Notes under the pieces: generated by a model | What the model was told of the DNA's origin: nothing | Databases searched by the model: none | What the model saw: only the letters and a program-made list of their open reading frames with translations | Position numbers and translations under genes: made by a program | Assembly (NCBI GenBank): GCA_020060465.1 | Contig: JAGVAD010000016.1 | Coordinates: 29,240-93,239 of the forward strand | Reading direction: 5' to 3' | Source: Anaerolineales bacterium | GTDB taxonomy: Bacteria > Chloroflexota > Anaerolineae > Anaerolineales > UBA4823 | DNA length: 64,000 nucleotides | In this document: piece after piece, positions 9,231-17,736 of the stretch | How the letters are laid out: each line of letters begins with the position of its first letter | Position numbering within the stretch: position 1 is the stretch's first letter

Positions 9231-9528
9231 CCTCGCGATGATCGGCGAAATACAGCGTCATCCGTCCGCCTGTTATTTGTTGCAACAAACGCCCCGCTGC
9301 CTGTCCGCTGGGCGAAGCCAGGCTTTGTTCGGCGGCGGCTTGCGTGTCAAAAAACAATTCGTGCATCTGGTAATAAGGTGTTGCGCCATAAAGAAATTGT
9401 TCAATTCGGCTGGTGGCCTCTTTGCGCAATCCTGGCATTGCCTCGACCAGGTGCAGGAATTCAGGCCATTGCGACTCAAAGGCGTTGATGTCTGTGGGCG
9501 GCTCAATCAAAATGACCAATTTGTACAT
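9178..9528 (-). CDS. EthD-family protein
   Basis: About 116 aa starting MYKLVILIEPPTDINAFESQWPEFLHLVEAMPGL, matching the EthD/TIGR02118-like pattern. It resembles the second copy at 43807..44106. GGAG lies 7 nt before the ATG. Confidence 0.55.
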   Translation of the reverse strand: MYKLVILIEPPTDINAFESQWPEFLHLVEAMPGLRKEATSRIEQFLYGATPYYQMHELFFDTQAAAEQSLASPSGQAAGRLLQQITGGRMTLYFADHREDDLAHIQRFKQDSRASG

Positions 9529-9597
9529 GGCGAATCTCCACACTTGATTATACACGCAGGTTCTTAGAGTTTATGGTATGATTCGCTCTCTGGAGTA

Positions 9598-9987
9598 ATG
9601 GTACAGATGGACGACAAAATCACAATAATTGAAGGGCCAACGCCTACTTTTGAAGCAGTTTCGGATGGCTGGGCGTTAGGGCTGAATGAAGGCCCTTATC
9701 TGTTCAACATTGCCCTCACCCGGCTGCGGACGTTCAATGGCCCCGCTCTGATTGAGCGCTGCAATCGCGCCTGGCGCAACCAAAATAGCATTAACCTGGA
9801 ATACCGCGATATGGATGGCCTGGAAAGTCGGGCGCCCATTCTGGCCGCCCGCGCCATTGATGTGGACGAAGGTCAGGTGCTAATTTTGTGGGTGCGCCTG
9901 GAATACGACGAGGATGAACTCGAGGCTGGCCTCGAGGATCCAGGGGATGATTTCTATGACGATCTGGACGATGATCCCAACCGATAA
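9598..9987 (+). CDS. Hypothetical protein with acidic C-terminal tail
   Basis: 129-aa ORF in an otherwise uncoded gap. No motif recognised. The C-terminus reads DEDELEAGLEDPGDDFYDDLDDDPNR. Confidence 0.45.
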   Translation: MVQMDDKITIIEGPTPTFEAVSDGWALGLNEGPYLFNIALTRLRTFNGPALIERCNRAWRNQNSINLEYRDMDGLESRAPILAARAIDVDEGQVLILWVRLEYDEDELEAGLEDPGDDFYDDLDDDPNR

Positions 9988-10038
9988 TTAATCATGCTGT
10001 GCGGCGGGCGCTCCCCGCCGCACACCCTATCTATCCTG

Positions 10039-10815
10039 ATGAGCGAGACAAATCTCTTACTCACCGACCTCAAAGAAGGGGTCTTTACCATCACGCTCAA
10101 TCGGCCCAAAGTAAACGCTTTCAACTTCGAGTTGATCGCTGCGTTACAATCCGCTTTCAAGCAAGCCGAGCGCGATGACCAGGTGCGCTGCGTCGTGCTG
10201 ACCGGCGCGGGTGATGCGTTTAGCGCCGGCCAGGATGTCACTGCCTTTCAACAAGAAGCGCAGGTCTCCTTTCGTCATCACTTATTACGCACCTACAACC
10301 CATTGATTTTGCAGATCCGCCGCCTGGAAAAGCCCGTCCTGGCAGCCATCAACGGCGCAGTCTCTGGCGCAGCGTTGGGCATCGCCCTGGCGTGCGATCT
10401 GCGTCTGGCTTCAGAGCGCGCCCGATTTGTGGTCGGCTTTGGCGGCATCGGCCTGGCGCCCGATTCGGCCGTCTCGCTGCTCTTGCCGGCGTTGATCGGC
10501 CTGGGACGGGCGGCGGAATTCACCTTCACCAACGCCTCTATCAGCGCCGAGCAGGCGCTGGCCTGGGGATTGGTCAATCGGGTGACGCCAGCCGCCGAGT
10601 TGCAAACCGAGGCGGCGGCCTGGGCCGCCAGATTGGCAAAAGGTCCCATACGCGCCATGGGTCTGGCCAAGCGCGCTTTCAACAAAGCTGTATTGGGCAA
10701 CTTGGAAGAAGTTCTGGATTACGAGGCCCACTTGCAAGAAATAGCTGGGCAGGGTGCAGAACATAAAGAAGGTGTTCAGGCGTTTTTGGAAAAACGCCCG
10801 CCCCATTATCTGTAA
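10039..10815 (+). CDS. Enoyl-CoA hydratase/isomerase family protein
   Basis: ITLNRPKVNAF, VLTGAGDAFSAGQD, AAINGAVSGAALGIALACD. The start is placed at MSETNLL; the ORF track begins at 9994. Confidence 0.85.
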   Translation: MSETNLLLTDLKEGVFTITLNRPKVNAFNFELIAALQSAFKQAERDDQVRCVVLTGAGDAFSAGQDVTAFQQEAQVSFRHHLLRTYNPLILQIRRLEKPVLAAINGAVSGAALGIALACDLRLASERARFVVGFGGIGLAPDSAVSLLLPALIGLGRAAEFTFTNASISAEQALAWGLVNRVTPAAELQTEAAAWAARLAKGPIRAMGLAKRAFNKAVLGNLEEVLDYEAHLQEIAGQGAEHKEGVQAFLEKRPPHYL

Positions 10816-10834
10816 GCTGCTTTCCCAGGCTGGA

Positions 10835-11593
10835 TCAAAAGCCGCGTACGAACTTCATCGCCGCCAGGGCGGCAAAGATGATACTGTCCACGATCCCCGC
10901 TCGCAAGGCATCGCCGTTGCCATGCTCGTCTACCAGGCGGGGATAAATAGTATCGCCTTCCAGGTGGTATAACGGGCCGGCGAACCAGGCGAAAAACGTG
11001 CCGGCCAGCAAACCGCCAACATGCCCCCAATTGTCAATACCGGGCGACATGCCGATGACCAAATTTACCACCGCGATCAAGATGACATTGCCCAGGGCGC
11101 GCTGCGCTCGCGCGCCGAAAATTTCCCGATTGCGGTACAAGAAAATGCCTTCCGCGCCCAGCAGACCGAAGATTGCCGTCGAAGAACCCAACGAAGGGGC
11201 GCTGGAAAACAAAAAAGACAACACGTTGCCGGCAAAGCCGGAGATAAAATACAGCGCTAAAAAGCGGCCATGGCCATAGTGGCTTTCCAGCGCCGGTCCC
11301 AGAATATATAGAGCATACAGGTTAAAACCGATATGCAGCAGCGATCCATGCAAAAATACGGGAGTGATCAGACGCCACACCTCGCCGCGCAGTATGAGCT
11401 GATTCACTTTCAGGCCGAGCAGGGAGGGCAGATCGAAACCCAAAATATATTGGGTTGCCAATTGCGCCAGAAACACTGCAATCGTAACGGATAGCAGAGC
11501 AAGGGTAACGTAAGGGACCAAACGCGGGAGCTGGACGGTCACAAAGCGACCGCCCGGCTGGGAAGCGTTTGGGTCGTTGGGAGGAGGGAACAT
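10835..11593 (-). CDS. Rhomboid-family intramembrane serine protease
   Basis: Six to seven TM helices, catalytic GSSTAIFGLLG (GxSx) and WGHVGGLLAG (His). The start overlaps the gmk stop (TAATG). Confidence 0.85.
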   Translation of the reverse strand: MFPPPNDPNASQPGGRFVTVQLPRLVPYVTLALLSVTIAVFLAQLATQYILGFDLPSLLGLKVNQLILRGEVWRLITPVFLHGSLLHIGFNLYALYILGPALESHYGHGRFLALYFISGFAGNVLSFLFSSAPSLGSSTAIFGLLGAEGIFLYRNREIFGARAQRALGNVILIAVVNLVIGMSPGIDNWGHVGGLLAGTFFAWFAGPLYHLEGDTIYPRLVDEHGNGDALRAGIVDSIIFAALAAMKFVRGF

Positions 11594-12240
11594 TAGAGTA
11601 TGACCTTTCTCGGATGCACGCGATGATGCTCCGCTCGGATGATCGCCTGGATCGTTTCGACCGTCTCCTGGAGTTTGGACTGCCGATTGACAACTACATA
11701 ATCAAATATATCTATCTGTTTCAATTCTTGCCGGGCAGTGGCGATGCGCAGCTTCAGCCCCTCAGGCGTCTCGCTTTTACGGGCGATCAGGCGCGCTTCC
11801 AGTTCGGCTTCATTCTCTGTGGTAAGAAAAATCAATAGCGCCTCCGGGCAAAGCTTGCGGATGGTAGCTGCGCCCTGTACATCTACGCGCAACACGACAT
11901 CTTTTCCGCTTTCCAGCGCCTGGCGCACCTGCTGTTTTGGGATGCCCTTATAATCATTGTACACAATGGCGTATTCGAGCAATTCGCCCTGCTCGATCAT
12001 CTCTGCAAATTCGTCTTTGGAGAGGAAATAATAATCCACGCCGTGGCGCTCATCCACGCGCGGTGGGCGGGTGGTCGCCGTAACCACAAAATGGAACGGC
12101 AGACCGCGCTCCTTCATACAGGTTATGACCGTATCTTTGCCCACGCCTGATGGCCCGGAAATCACAATCAACAATGGGTTGGAAAGGGGTGGATGAAAAG
12201 GTTTATGATCTGACACAAGCTTCTCCTGCGGCGCATCCAT
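11593..12240 (-). CDS. gmk: Guanylate kinase
   Basis: P-loop ISGPSGVGKDT, then TTRPPR and EY. The start is placed at MDAPQEK (12240); the ORF track extends to 12321. Confidence 0.9.
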   Translation of the reverse strand: MDAPQEKLVSDHKPFHPPLSNPLLIVISGPSGVGKDTVITCMKERGLPFHFVVTATTRPPRVDERHGVDYYFLSKDEFAEMIEQGELLEYAIVYNDYKGIPKQQVRQALESGKDVVLRVDVQGAATIRKLCPEALLIFLTTENEAELEARLIARKSETPEGLKLRIATARQELKQIDIFDYVVVNRQSKLQETVETIQAIIRAEHHRVHPRKVIL

Positions 12241-12343
12241 TCCTGGGTTGAGACAACTAACATGGTCTCTCTGCGTGACAGTTTTTTGCACCTTGATTAT
12301 AATTTCAAAATCCGATCTCAAGACCTGATACCGGAGGAATAAA

Positions 12344-12733
12344 ATGCCATATTATCCATATCGTTGCCTGGATTGCAAGAGGCGTTTTGAAGTCTTCATG
12401 ACCTACAGCGAGTACGGAAACCAGCCTGTGGTCTGCGTCCACTGCGGCAGCTCACACATACAGCGGCGCATTAACCGTGTGCGCATCGCTAAGTCGGAAG
12501 ACAGCCGTCTGGAGGATCTGAGCGACTTGGATGACCTCAGCGGTCTGGAGGATGATCCCCGCGCCCTGGGCAAGATGATGCGCAAAATGAGCCGTGAAAT
12601 GGGCGAAGATATGGGGCCTGAAATGGATGAAGTCATTGATCGTTTAGAGGCCGGGCAAAGCCCGGAAGAAATAGAGGCAGCAATACCCGACCTGGGCGCC
12701 GGCGAGGGCGGCCTGGCAGGGGAGGAAGAGTAA
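12344..12733 (+). CDS. FmdB-family zinc-ribbon protein with acidic C-terminal extension
   Basis: N-terminal YRCLDCKRRFEV...VCVHCGS, which is the FmdB/CxxC_CxxC_SSSS pattern. Confidence 0.7.
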   Translation: MPYYPYRCLDCKRRFEVFMTYSEYGNQPVVCVHCGSSHIQRRINRVRIAKSEDSRLEDLSDLDDLSGLEDDPRALGKMMRKMSREMGEDMGPEMDEVIDRLEAGQSPEEIEAAIPDLGAGEGGLAGEEE

Positions 12734-12737
12734 ACGT

Positions 12738-13367
12738 TTAGGCGCGTTTCGGGCGCGCCGGAAGGCGCTCCATCACTACCTCGCGGACAGCCGCTTGCAC
12801 TGCATCGGGCGGCTGTCCGGCGTCAATCAATACCCAACGATGGGGCTCCAGACGCGCCAGTTCCAGAAAACCGGCGCGGACACGCCGATGAAATTCCAGG
12901 TCATAAGCATCCAACCGGTTCCACTCTCCGCCGCTCATCTTGCGCCGAAGGCCGGTTTCGACTTCGACATCCAACAACAAAGTCAGGTCGGGCGAAAGCC
13001 CGCCAGTGGCAAAACGGATCAGGGCGCGCAGTTCATCCAGGTCGAAACAATGTCCGTAACCCTGATAAGCCAGGGTCGAATCGGCGTACCGGTCGCTCAG
13101 CACCAGTCCGCCTGTTTCCAGACGGGGTCGGATGACCTCCTCCACCAGTTGAGCGCGCGAAGCCTGGAAAAGCAGCGTCTCGGTGCGCGGTCGCATGGAA
13201 ACATTCTTGAGATCCGAGAGGATGGCGCGGATCTGGTCGCCGATTTGTGTGCCGCCCGGCTCGCGCGTCAGCAGAACATCGTAACCCTGCTGGCGCAAAA
13301 AATCTGCTAGCGTGGCAGCCTGGCGTGTCTTACCGCTTCCTTCTGGGCCTTCAAAGGTGATGAACAT
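12738..13367 (-). CDS. tmk: Thymidylate kinase
   Basis: FITFEGPEGSGKTRQ P-loop, TREPGGT, DRYADSTLAYQG. Confidence 0.9.
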   Translation of the reverse strand: MFITFEGPEGSGKTRQAATLADFLRQQGYDVLLTREPGGTQIGDQIRAILSDLKNVSMRPRTETLLFQASRAQLVEEVIRPRLETGGLVLSDRYADSTLAYQGYGHCFDLDELRALIRFATGGLSPDLTLLLDVEVETGLRRKMSGGEWNRLDAYDLEFHRRVRAGFLELARLEPHRWVLIDAGQPPDAVQAAVREVVMERLPARPKRA

Positions 13368-13371
13368 GTGC

Positions 13372-14991
13372 CTATGTTTCCCGGAAGATGCGCACCCGCC
13401 GGTTGGGCTCTTTACCGTACGAATGTGACACCAGGTTCGCCTCGCGAGCCATCTGATGTTGCAATCGGCGGATAGAAGAGGCCGCCGGATGCAGTTCCAC
13501 CCAACGCTCGCCGTTCATCACCGCATTGATTGCCGCCCGCGTCTCCTGCAAAACCGATTCCATCGCCGAGTTGCCCATATCCTCGGCGTATAAACTGAAC
13601 AGGTCGCCCAGGAATTGTTGCATCTGATTGACGGTGTTGGAGCGCAAGACATATATAGGCACATTGCGCTGTTCAGCGTCGGTGATGGTGCGCTGGCGTT
13701 TGCGATAGTAGGAGCGCAGCGTTACCAGCACGTCAGCATCGCCCGGTTCATCCACAATCATGGCCGGCACCCCCAGGCGGCGGGCGGCTTGCGTCAGGCG
13801 GTTGCGCGCCACGCCATAGGGATAGATGCGCATGGTTTGCAGCGAGGAGCGATCGCGTCCAACCGAGCCATTATCGAAACGCTGGTTCGCGCCGTACTCG
13901 TTGCGCTCTGCAAAACTCGCCTGGCGCTCCGGCGTATATTCTCCGCTCTGACGGCGATAACCTTGCTGACTGCCGGAGGGCAAACGCTGCGGCGCCGGCG
14001 CCCGTTCGATGCGGATATCGCCGTTCACGCGCGAGCGGATCTCCGGCGGCAGCGGGTAGCCGCGCAATAGCGCGTCCACTGCCGCGGCGACATCGGGATG
14101 CACAGCCAGGCGGTCGCGGGTCTGGATTTCGATCAGCACATCAAACGTGGGCGGAGAACGCCGCTCCAATACGGTTTTTTGTGTGCCGCGCCGGCGGGCT
14201 TCTTCATCCGAAAGAGTCACCGATTCGATGCCACCCACCAGGTCGGATAGCGTGGGATTGAGCAGCAGATTTTCCAGGCTGTTGCCATGCGCGGTGCCAA
14301 TGAGCTGCACGCCGCGTTCGGCGATGGTGCGCGCCGCCGCGGCTTCCAACTCACGGCCAATCTCATCAATGACGATGGCTTCTGGGTTGTGGTTCTCCAC
14401 TGCCTCAATCATTACCTCATGCTGCAAGGATGGCGTGGCCACCTGCATACGGCGGGCGCGCCCCACCGCCGGGTGGGGGACATCGCCATCGCCGCCGATT
14501 TCGTTGGAGGTATCCACAATGACCACGCGCTTGGTTTCAGCCAGGATGCGCGCGGCTTCGCGCAGCATGGTCGTCTTTCCCACGCCGGGACGCCCCAAAA
14601 TCAACAGGCTTTTACCGCTTTCGATCAGATCTTTGATGATGTCGGTGGTGCCGTACACGGCGCGGCCAACGCGGCAGGTCAAGCCAACAATATAACCGCG
14701 CCGGTTGCGGATAGCTGAAATGCGGTGCAAGGTGCGTTCGAGGCCGGCGCGATTGTCCGCGTCGAACTCGCCAATCCGCTCAACGACGTAATCAATGTCC
14801 TCGTGCTTCACCTCGACCTGACTGAGCGTGACCTCGCGATCTACGAAGCGCGCCGTGGGTAGCCTCCCCAGATCCAGGATCACTTCTAACAGGTTATCGC
14901 TATCGTTCGCTTTGGTGACCGCGCGAGCAATCTCTGGCGGCAATACAGCCAACAGAGCGTGAAGATCATCTGTAATTTTCTGTTGTTGCAT
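13372..14991 (-). CDS. Ycf45/SpoIIIAA-like AAA ATPase with C-terminal R3H domain
   Basis: Walker A LILGRPGVGKTT, Walker B AIVIDEIG, and a C-terminal R-x3-H block IRRLQHQMAREANLVSHSYGKEPNRRVRI. Confidence 0.7.
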   Translation of the reverse strand: MQQQKITDDLHALLAVLPPEIARAVTKANDSDNLLEVILDLGRLPTARFVDREVTLSQVEVKHEDIDYVVERIGEFDADNRAGLERTLHRISAIRNRRGYIVGLTCRVGRAVYGTTDIIKDLIESGKSLLILGRPGVGKTTMLREAARILAETKRVVIVDTSNEIGGDGDVPHPAVGRARRMQVATPSLQHEVMIEAVENHNPEAIVIDEIGRELEAAAARTIAERGVQLIGTAHGNSLENLLLNPTLSDLVGGIESVTLSDEEARRRGTQKTVLERRSPPTFDVLIEIQTRDRLAVHPDVAAAVDALLRGYPLPPEIRSRVNGDIRIERAPAPQRLPSGSQQGYRRQSGEYTPERQASFAERNEYGANQRFDNGSVGRDRSSLQTMRIYPYGVARNRLTQAARRLGVPAMIVDEPGDADVLVTLRSYYRKRQRTITDAEQRNVPIYVLRSNTVNQMQQFLGDLFSLYAEDMGNSAMESVLQETRAAINAVMNGERWVELHPAASSIRRLQHQMAREANLVSHSYGKEPNRRVRIFRET

Positions 14992-15000
14992 ACGAAATTA

Positions 15001-15942
15001 CTATCTCTCCAGTCGAGCAACGGGAGCGGTTATCTCAGGCTGTCCACCCTCCAGGGACGGAATGGCGTAAGCACGCGCTGCCTTTTGCGGGATCATTAAC
15101 TGTTTGGCCATAACCGCCTGGCGCGGACCAGCCTCCGCGCCCAATTCTTCAATCGCCGCTTCCAACCAGGCCTGATAGGATCGCACGCACACATAAACCG
15201 GGCGGGAACGCCGATTGGGGATTTTGCTCAGTAAATCTATAAATTGGTCGCTCACATCTTCGGCGTCCGGGTGTATGAAGGGATGCGCCCAGATGCCGCG
15301 ATGCCCATATTTTAATTCCACATAAGCCTGTAATTCGCCATTTTGATAATAAACCATGCCTCTCGGTCGTTGAGTGGCAAACAATTCCACCTGTTGCACC
15401 AGAGCAGGCACCAGATTATTATACAGCCCTCGGATCGCAATCTCATCCTGATCGTTCGCCACGCGCCAGGATTCTGCGTGTAACCCGGCGGGCGGATGTC
15501 CGGTCAACTGCCAGATGCGCTGTCGCGTGTAAATCACGAACCCATTGGAGCGCAACGCTTCAAAAGCGCTGGAATGCTCATCCACGTCTGCCAACAAGCG
15601 CATCGCGCCGCGCTCACCCAACTGCCCAAGCATATATTCCACCAGCGCCGCAACTTGCGTTGTATCCAGCGCCTCCTGGGGCGCCAGAAATGTGAGGTGC
15701 GAAAGAGGCGAGCCGAGCAGATGGATGAATTGACCAATCACCGGCGTGCCGCTGGCGCCGTTGCTGCTCAGGACACAGGTGAAGATGCCCATCGAGGGCG
15801 CCAGGTATGAGAACAACGCCCCCGGCAAAATCATAGGACCGCGCGTCAACACCAGGGCTGTGTCCAGGAACACGCTCTGGTCTCGATAGCGATGCAGCAC
15901 AGGCAGATCGCGCCAGTCAAACGGACGAACACTCATCGGCAA
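15001..15942 (-). CDS. Hypothetical protein, possibly GNAT-like fold
   Basis: 313-aa ORF packed tightly between pdxT (3-nt gap) and the ycf45-like gene (9-nt gap). The segment AMRLLADVDEHSSAFEALRSNGFVIYTRQRIW only weakly resembles a GNAT C-terminal half. Confidence 0.45.
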   Translation of the reverse strand: MPMSVRPFDWRDLPVLHRYRDQSVFLDTALVLTRGPMILPGALFSYLAPSMGIFTCVLSSNGASGTPVIGQFIHLLGSPLSHLTFLAPQEALDTTQVAALVEYMLGQLGERGAMRLLADVDEHSSAFEALRSNGFVIYTRQRIWQLTGHPPAGLHAESWRVANDQDEIAIRGLYNNLVPALVQQVELFATQRPRGMVYYQNGELQAYVELKYGHRGIWAHPFIHPDAEDVSDQFIDLLSKIPNRRSRPVYVCVRSYQAWLEAAIEELGAEAGPRQAVMAKQLMIPQKAARAYAIPSLEGGQPEITAPVARLER

Positions 15943-15945
15943 CTG

Positions 15946-16536
15946 CTAACTTTCAGCCTTCTCCGCGAAGGACAAGAAATAGCGGTGAAAACGATCATCC
16001 GAAGTCAGCTCCGGGTGAAAGGAAGTCGCCAGCAAATGACCCTGGCGAGCGGCCACAATGCGGCCGTCGGGCAAACAAGCCAGAGGCTGAGCATCCTTTT
16101 CCACGCTGGCAATCAACGGGGCGCGGATGAACACAGCATGATACGGGCGCGGCTCTGAACTGAACTGATTTAAGACCGGCACATCCAGATCAATCTCAAA
16201 ACTATCCACCTGCCGCCCAAAAGCGTTCCGTTCAACGGTGATGTCCATTAGATTCAGCAATGGTTGCTGGCGGCGGGCATCTTTGGAGAGAAAGATCGCT
16301 CCGGCGCAGGTGCCCCAGATGGGTTTTTCTTTCCCGAAATCGCGCAGCGGTTCGATCAAATCATAAGCCACGGCCAGTTTGCCTATGGTGGTCGATTCGC
16401 CGCCAGGAATAATCAAACCATCCAATGAGTGCAAATGTTGCGGCAAGCGCACCTCTTCAGCCTCAACGCCCATCCGTCTCAGCACAGCAATATGTTCGGC
16501 GAAATCGCCTTGAAGGGCAAGGACTCCTATTCTCAT
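15946..16536 (-). CDS. pdxT: Pyridoxal 5'-phosphate synthase, glutaminase subunit PdxT
   Basis: MRIGVLALQGDF, GLIIPGGESTT, GTCAG (catalytic Cys), FHPE. The start is placed at MRIGV; the ORF track extends to 16584. Confidence 0.9.
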   Translation of the reverse strand: MRIGVLALQGDFAEHIAVLRRMGVEAEEVRLPQHLHSLDGLIIPGGESTTIGKLAVAYDLIEPLRDFGKEKPIWGTCAGAIFLSKDARRQQPLLNLMDITVERNAFGRQVDSFEIDLDVPVLNQFSSEPRPYHAVFIRAPLIASVEKDAQPLACLPDGRIVAARQGHLLATSFHPELTSDDRFHRYFLSFAEKAES

Positions 16537-16577
16537 ACGCTTCGATGACGCTCGACAAATCCAGGTGTAGGATGAGC

Positions 16578-17480
16578 CTACCAACCACGGCCAGCAATCA
16601 ATTCTGTTTCCGGTATCGCCGAAATCTGACGTCCAACCATCGGCTCGCCCAAGTTGCGGCTGACCTCTGCCAGGATATAGGGGTCGTTGTAATGCGTGAC
16701 CGCCTTGACAATCGCCGCCGCGCGCCGCGCCGGGTCGCCGGATTTAAAGATGCCAGAGCCGACGAAGACGCCATCCACGCCCAGTTGCATCATCATCGCC
16801 GCGTCTGCAGGGGTAGCGATTCCACCAGCAGCGAAGTTCACCACCGGTAAGCGCCCCAAGGCGCGCGTTTCCATCACCAGCTCATACGGCGCGCCGATTT
16901 CCTTAGCAAAAGCCATGACCTCTTCTTCCGCCATTGTTTGCAGGCGACGGATATCGCCCAACACCGAGCGGGCGTGGCGCACCGCTTCAACCACATCGCC
17001 GGTGCCGGCCTCGCCCTTGGTGCGGATCATCGCCGCGCCCTCGCCAATGCGCCGCAGCGCTTCGCCCAGATTGCGGCAGCCGCAGACGAACGGCACCTTG
17101 AAAGCGTGCTTATTGATATGATGATGCTCATCGGCAGGCGTCAGCACTTCAGACTCGTCAATGTAATCCACCCCGATCGCCTCCAGAATCTGCGCCTCCA
17201 CGAAATGCCCAATACGGCATTTCGCCATCACCGGAATCGAGACTGTGTCCATGATTTTCAGGATCAATTCGGGGTCGCTCATGCGCGCCACACCGCCATG
17301 GGCGCGGATGTCCGCCGGTACACGCTCCAAAGCCATCACCGCCACCGCCCCGGCGTCTTCCGCAATGCGGGCGTGCTCCGGCGTCACCACGTCCATGATC
17401 ACTCCGCCCTTGAGCATTTGCGCCAGCCCCTTCTTAACCGCAAAAGTTCCAACTTGCTGTTCCATTTTCTTAACCTCCAA
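16578..17480 (-). CDS. pdxS: Pyridoxal 5'-phosphate synthase, lyase subunit PdxS
   Basis: [49 protein letters not shown]. These are highly characteristic PdxS blocks. Confidence 0.95.
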   Translation of the reverse strand: MEVKKMEQQVGTFAVKKGLAQMLKGGVIMDVVTPEHARIAEDAGAVAVMALERVPADIRAHGGVARMSDPELILKIMDTVSIPVMAKCRIGHFVEAQILEAIGVDYIDESEVLTPADEHHHINKHAFKVPFVCGCRNLGEALRRIGEGAAMIRTKGEAGTGDVVEAVRHARSVLGDIRRLQTMAEEEVMAFAKEIGAPYELVMETRALGRLPVVNFAAGGIATPADAAMMMQLGVDGVFVGSGIFKSGDPARRAAAIVKAVTHYNDPYILAEVSRNLGEPMVGRQISAIPETELIAGRGW

Positions 17481-17736
17481 AACCGACTACGAGAGTCGGG
17501 ATGTTTTATGTCTGATTTGTATTCTTTTTTGTCACACAATTCATTCTACCATGCAGCGACATAGCTTGCAATCCGTGAGGCGCGCTCAGAGCAGGCGCGG
17601 CCAGGGGTTCTAATAGAAAATTAATAACTGCTTTACATGTTGACAAGAAATGCTTAAATCTGACTTTTGTGGGATTGCAGTAAGATGAATTGCAGTGTAG
17701 AGTCTGATTTGGTGCACAAAGAGGAGATTTAAAGTC

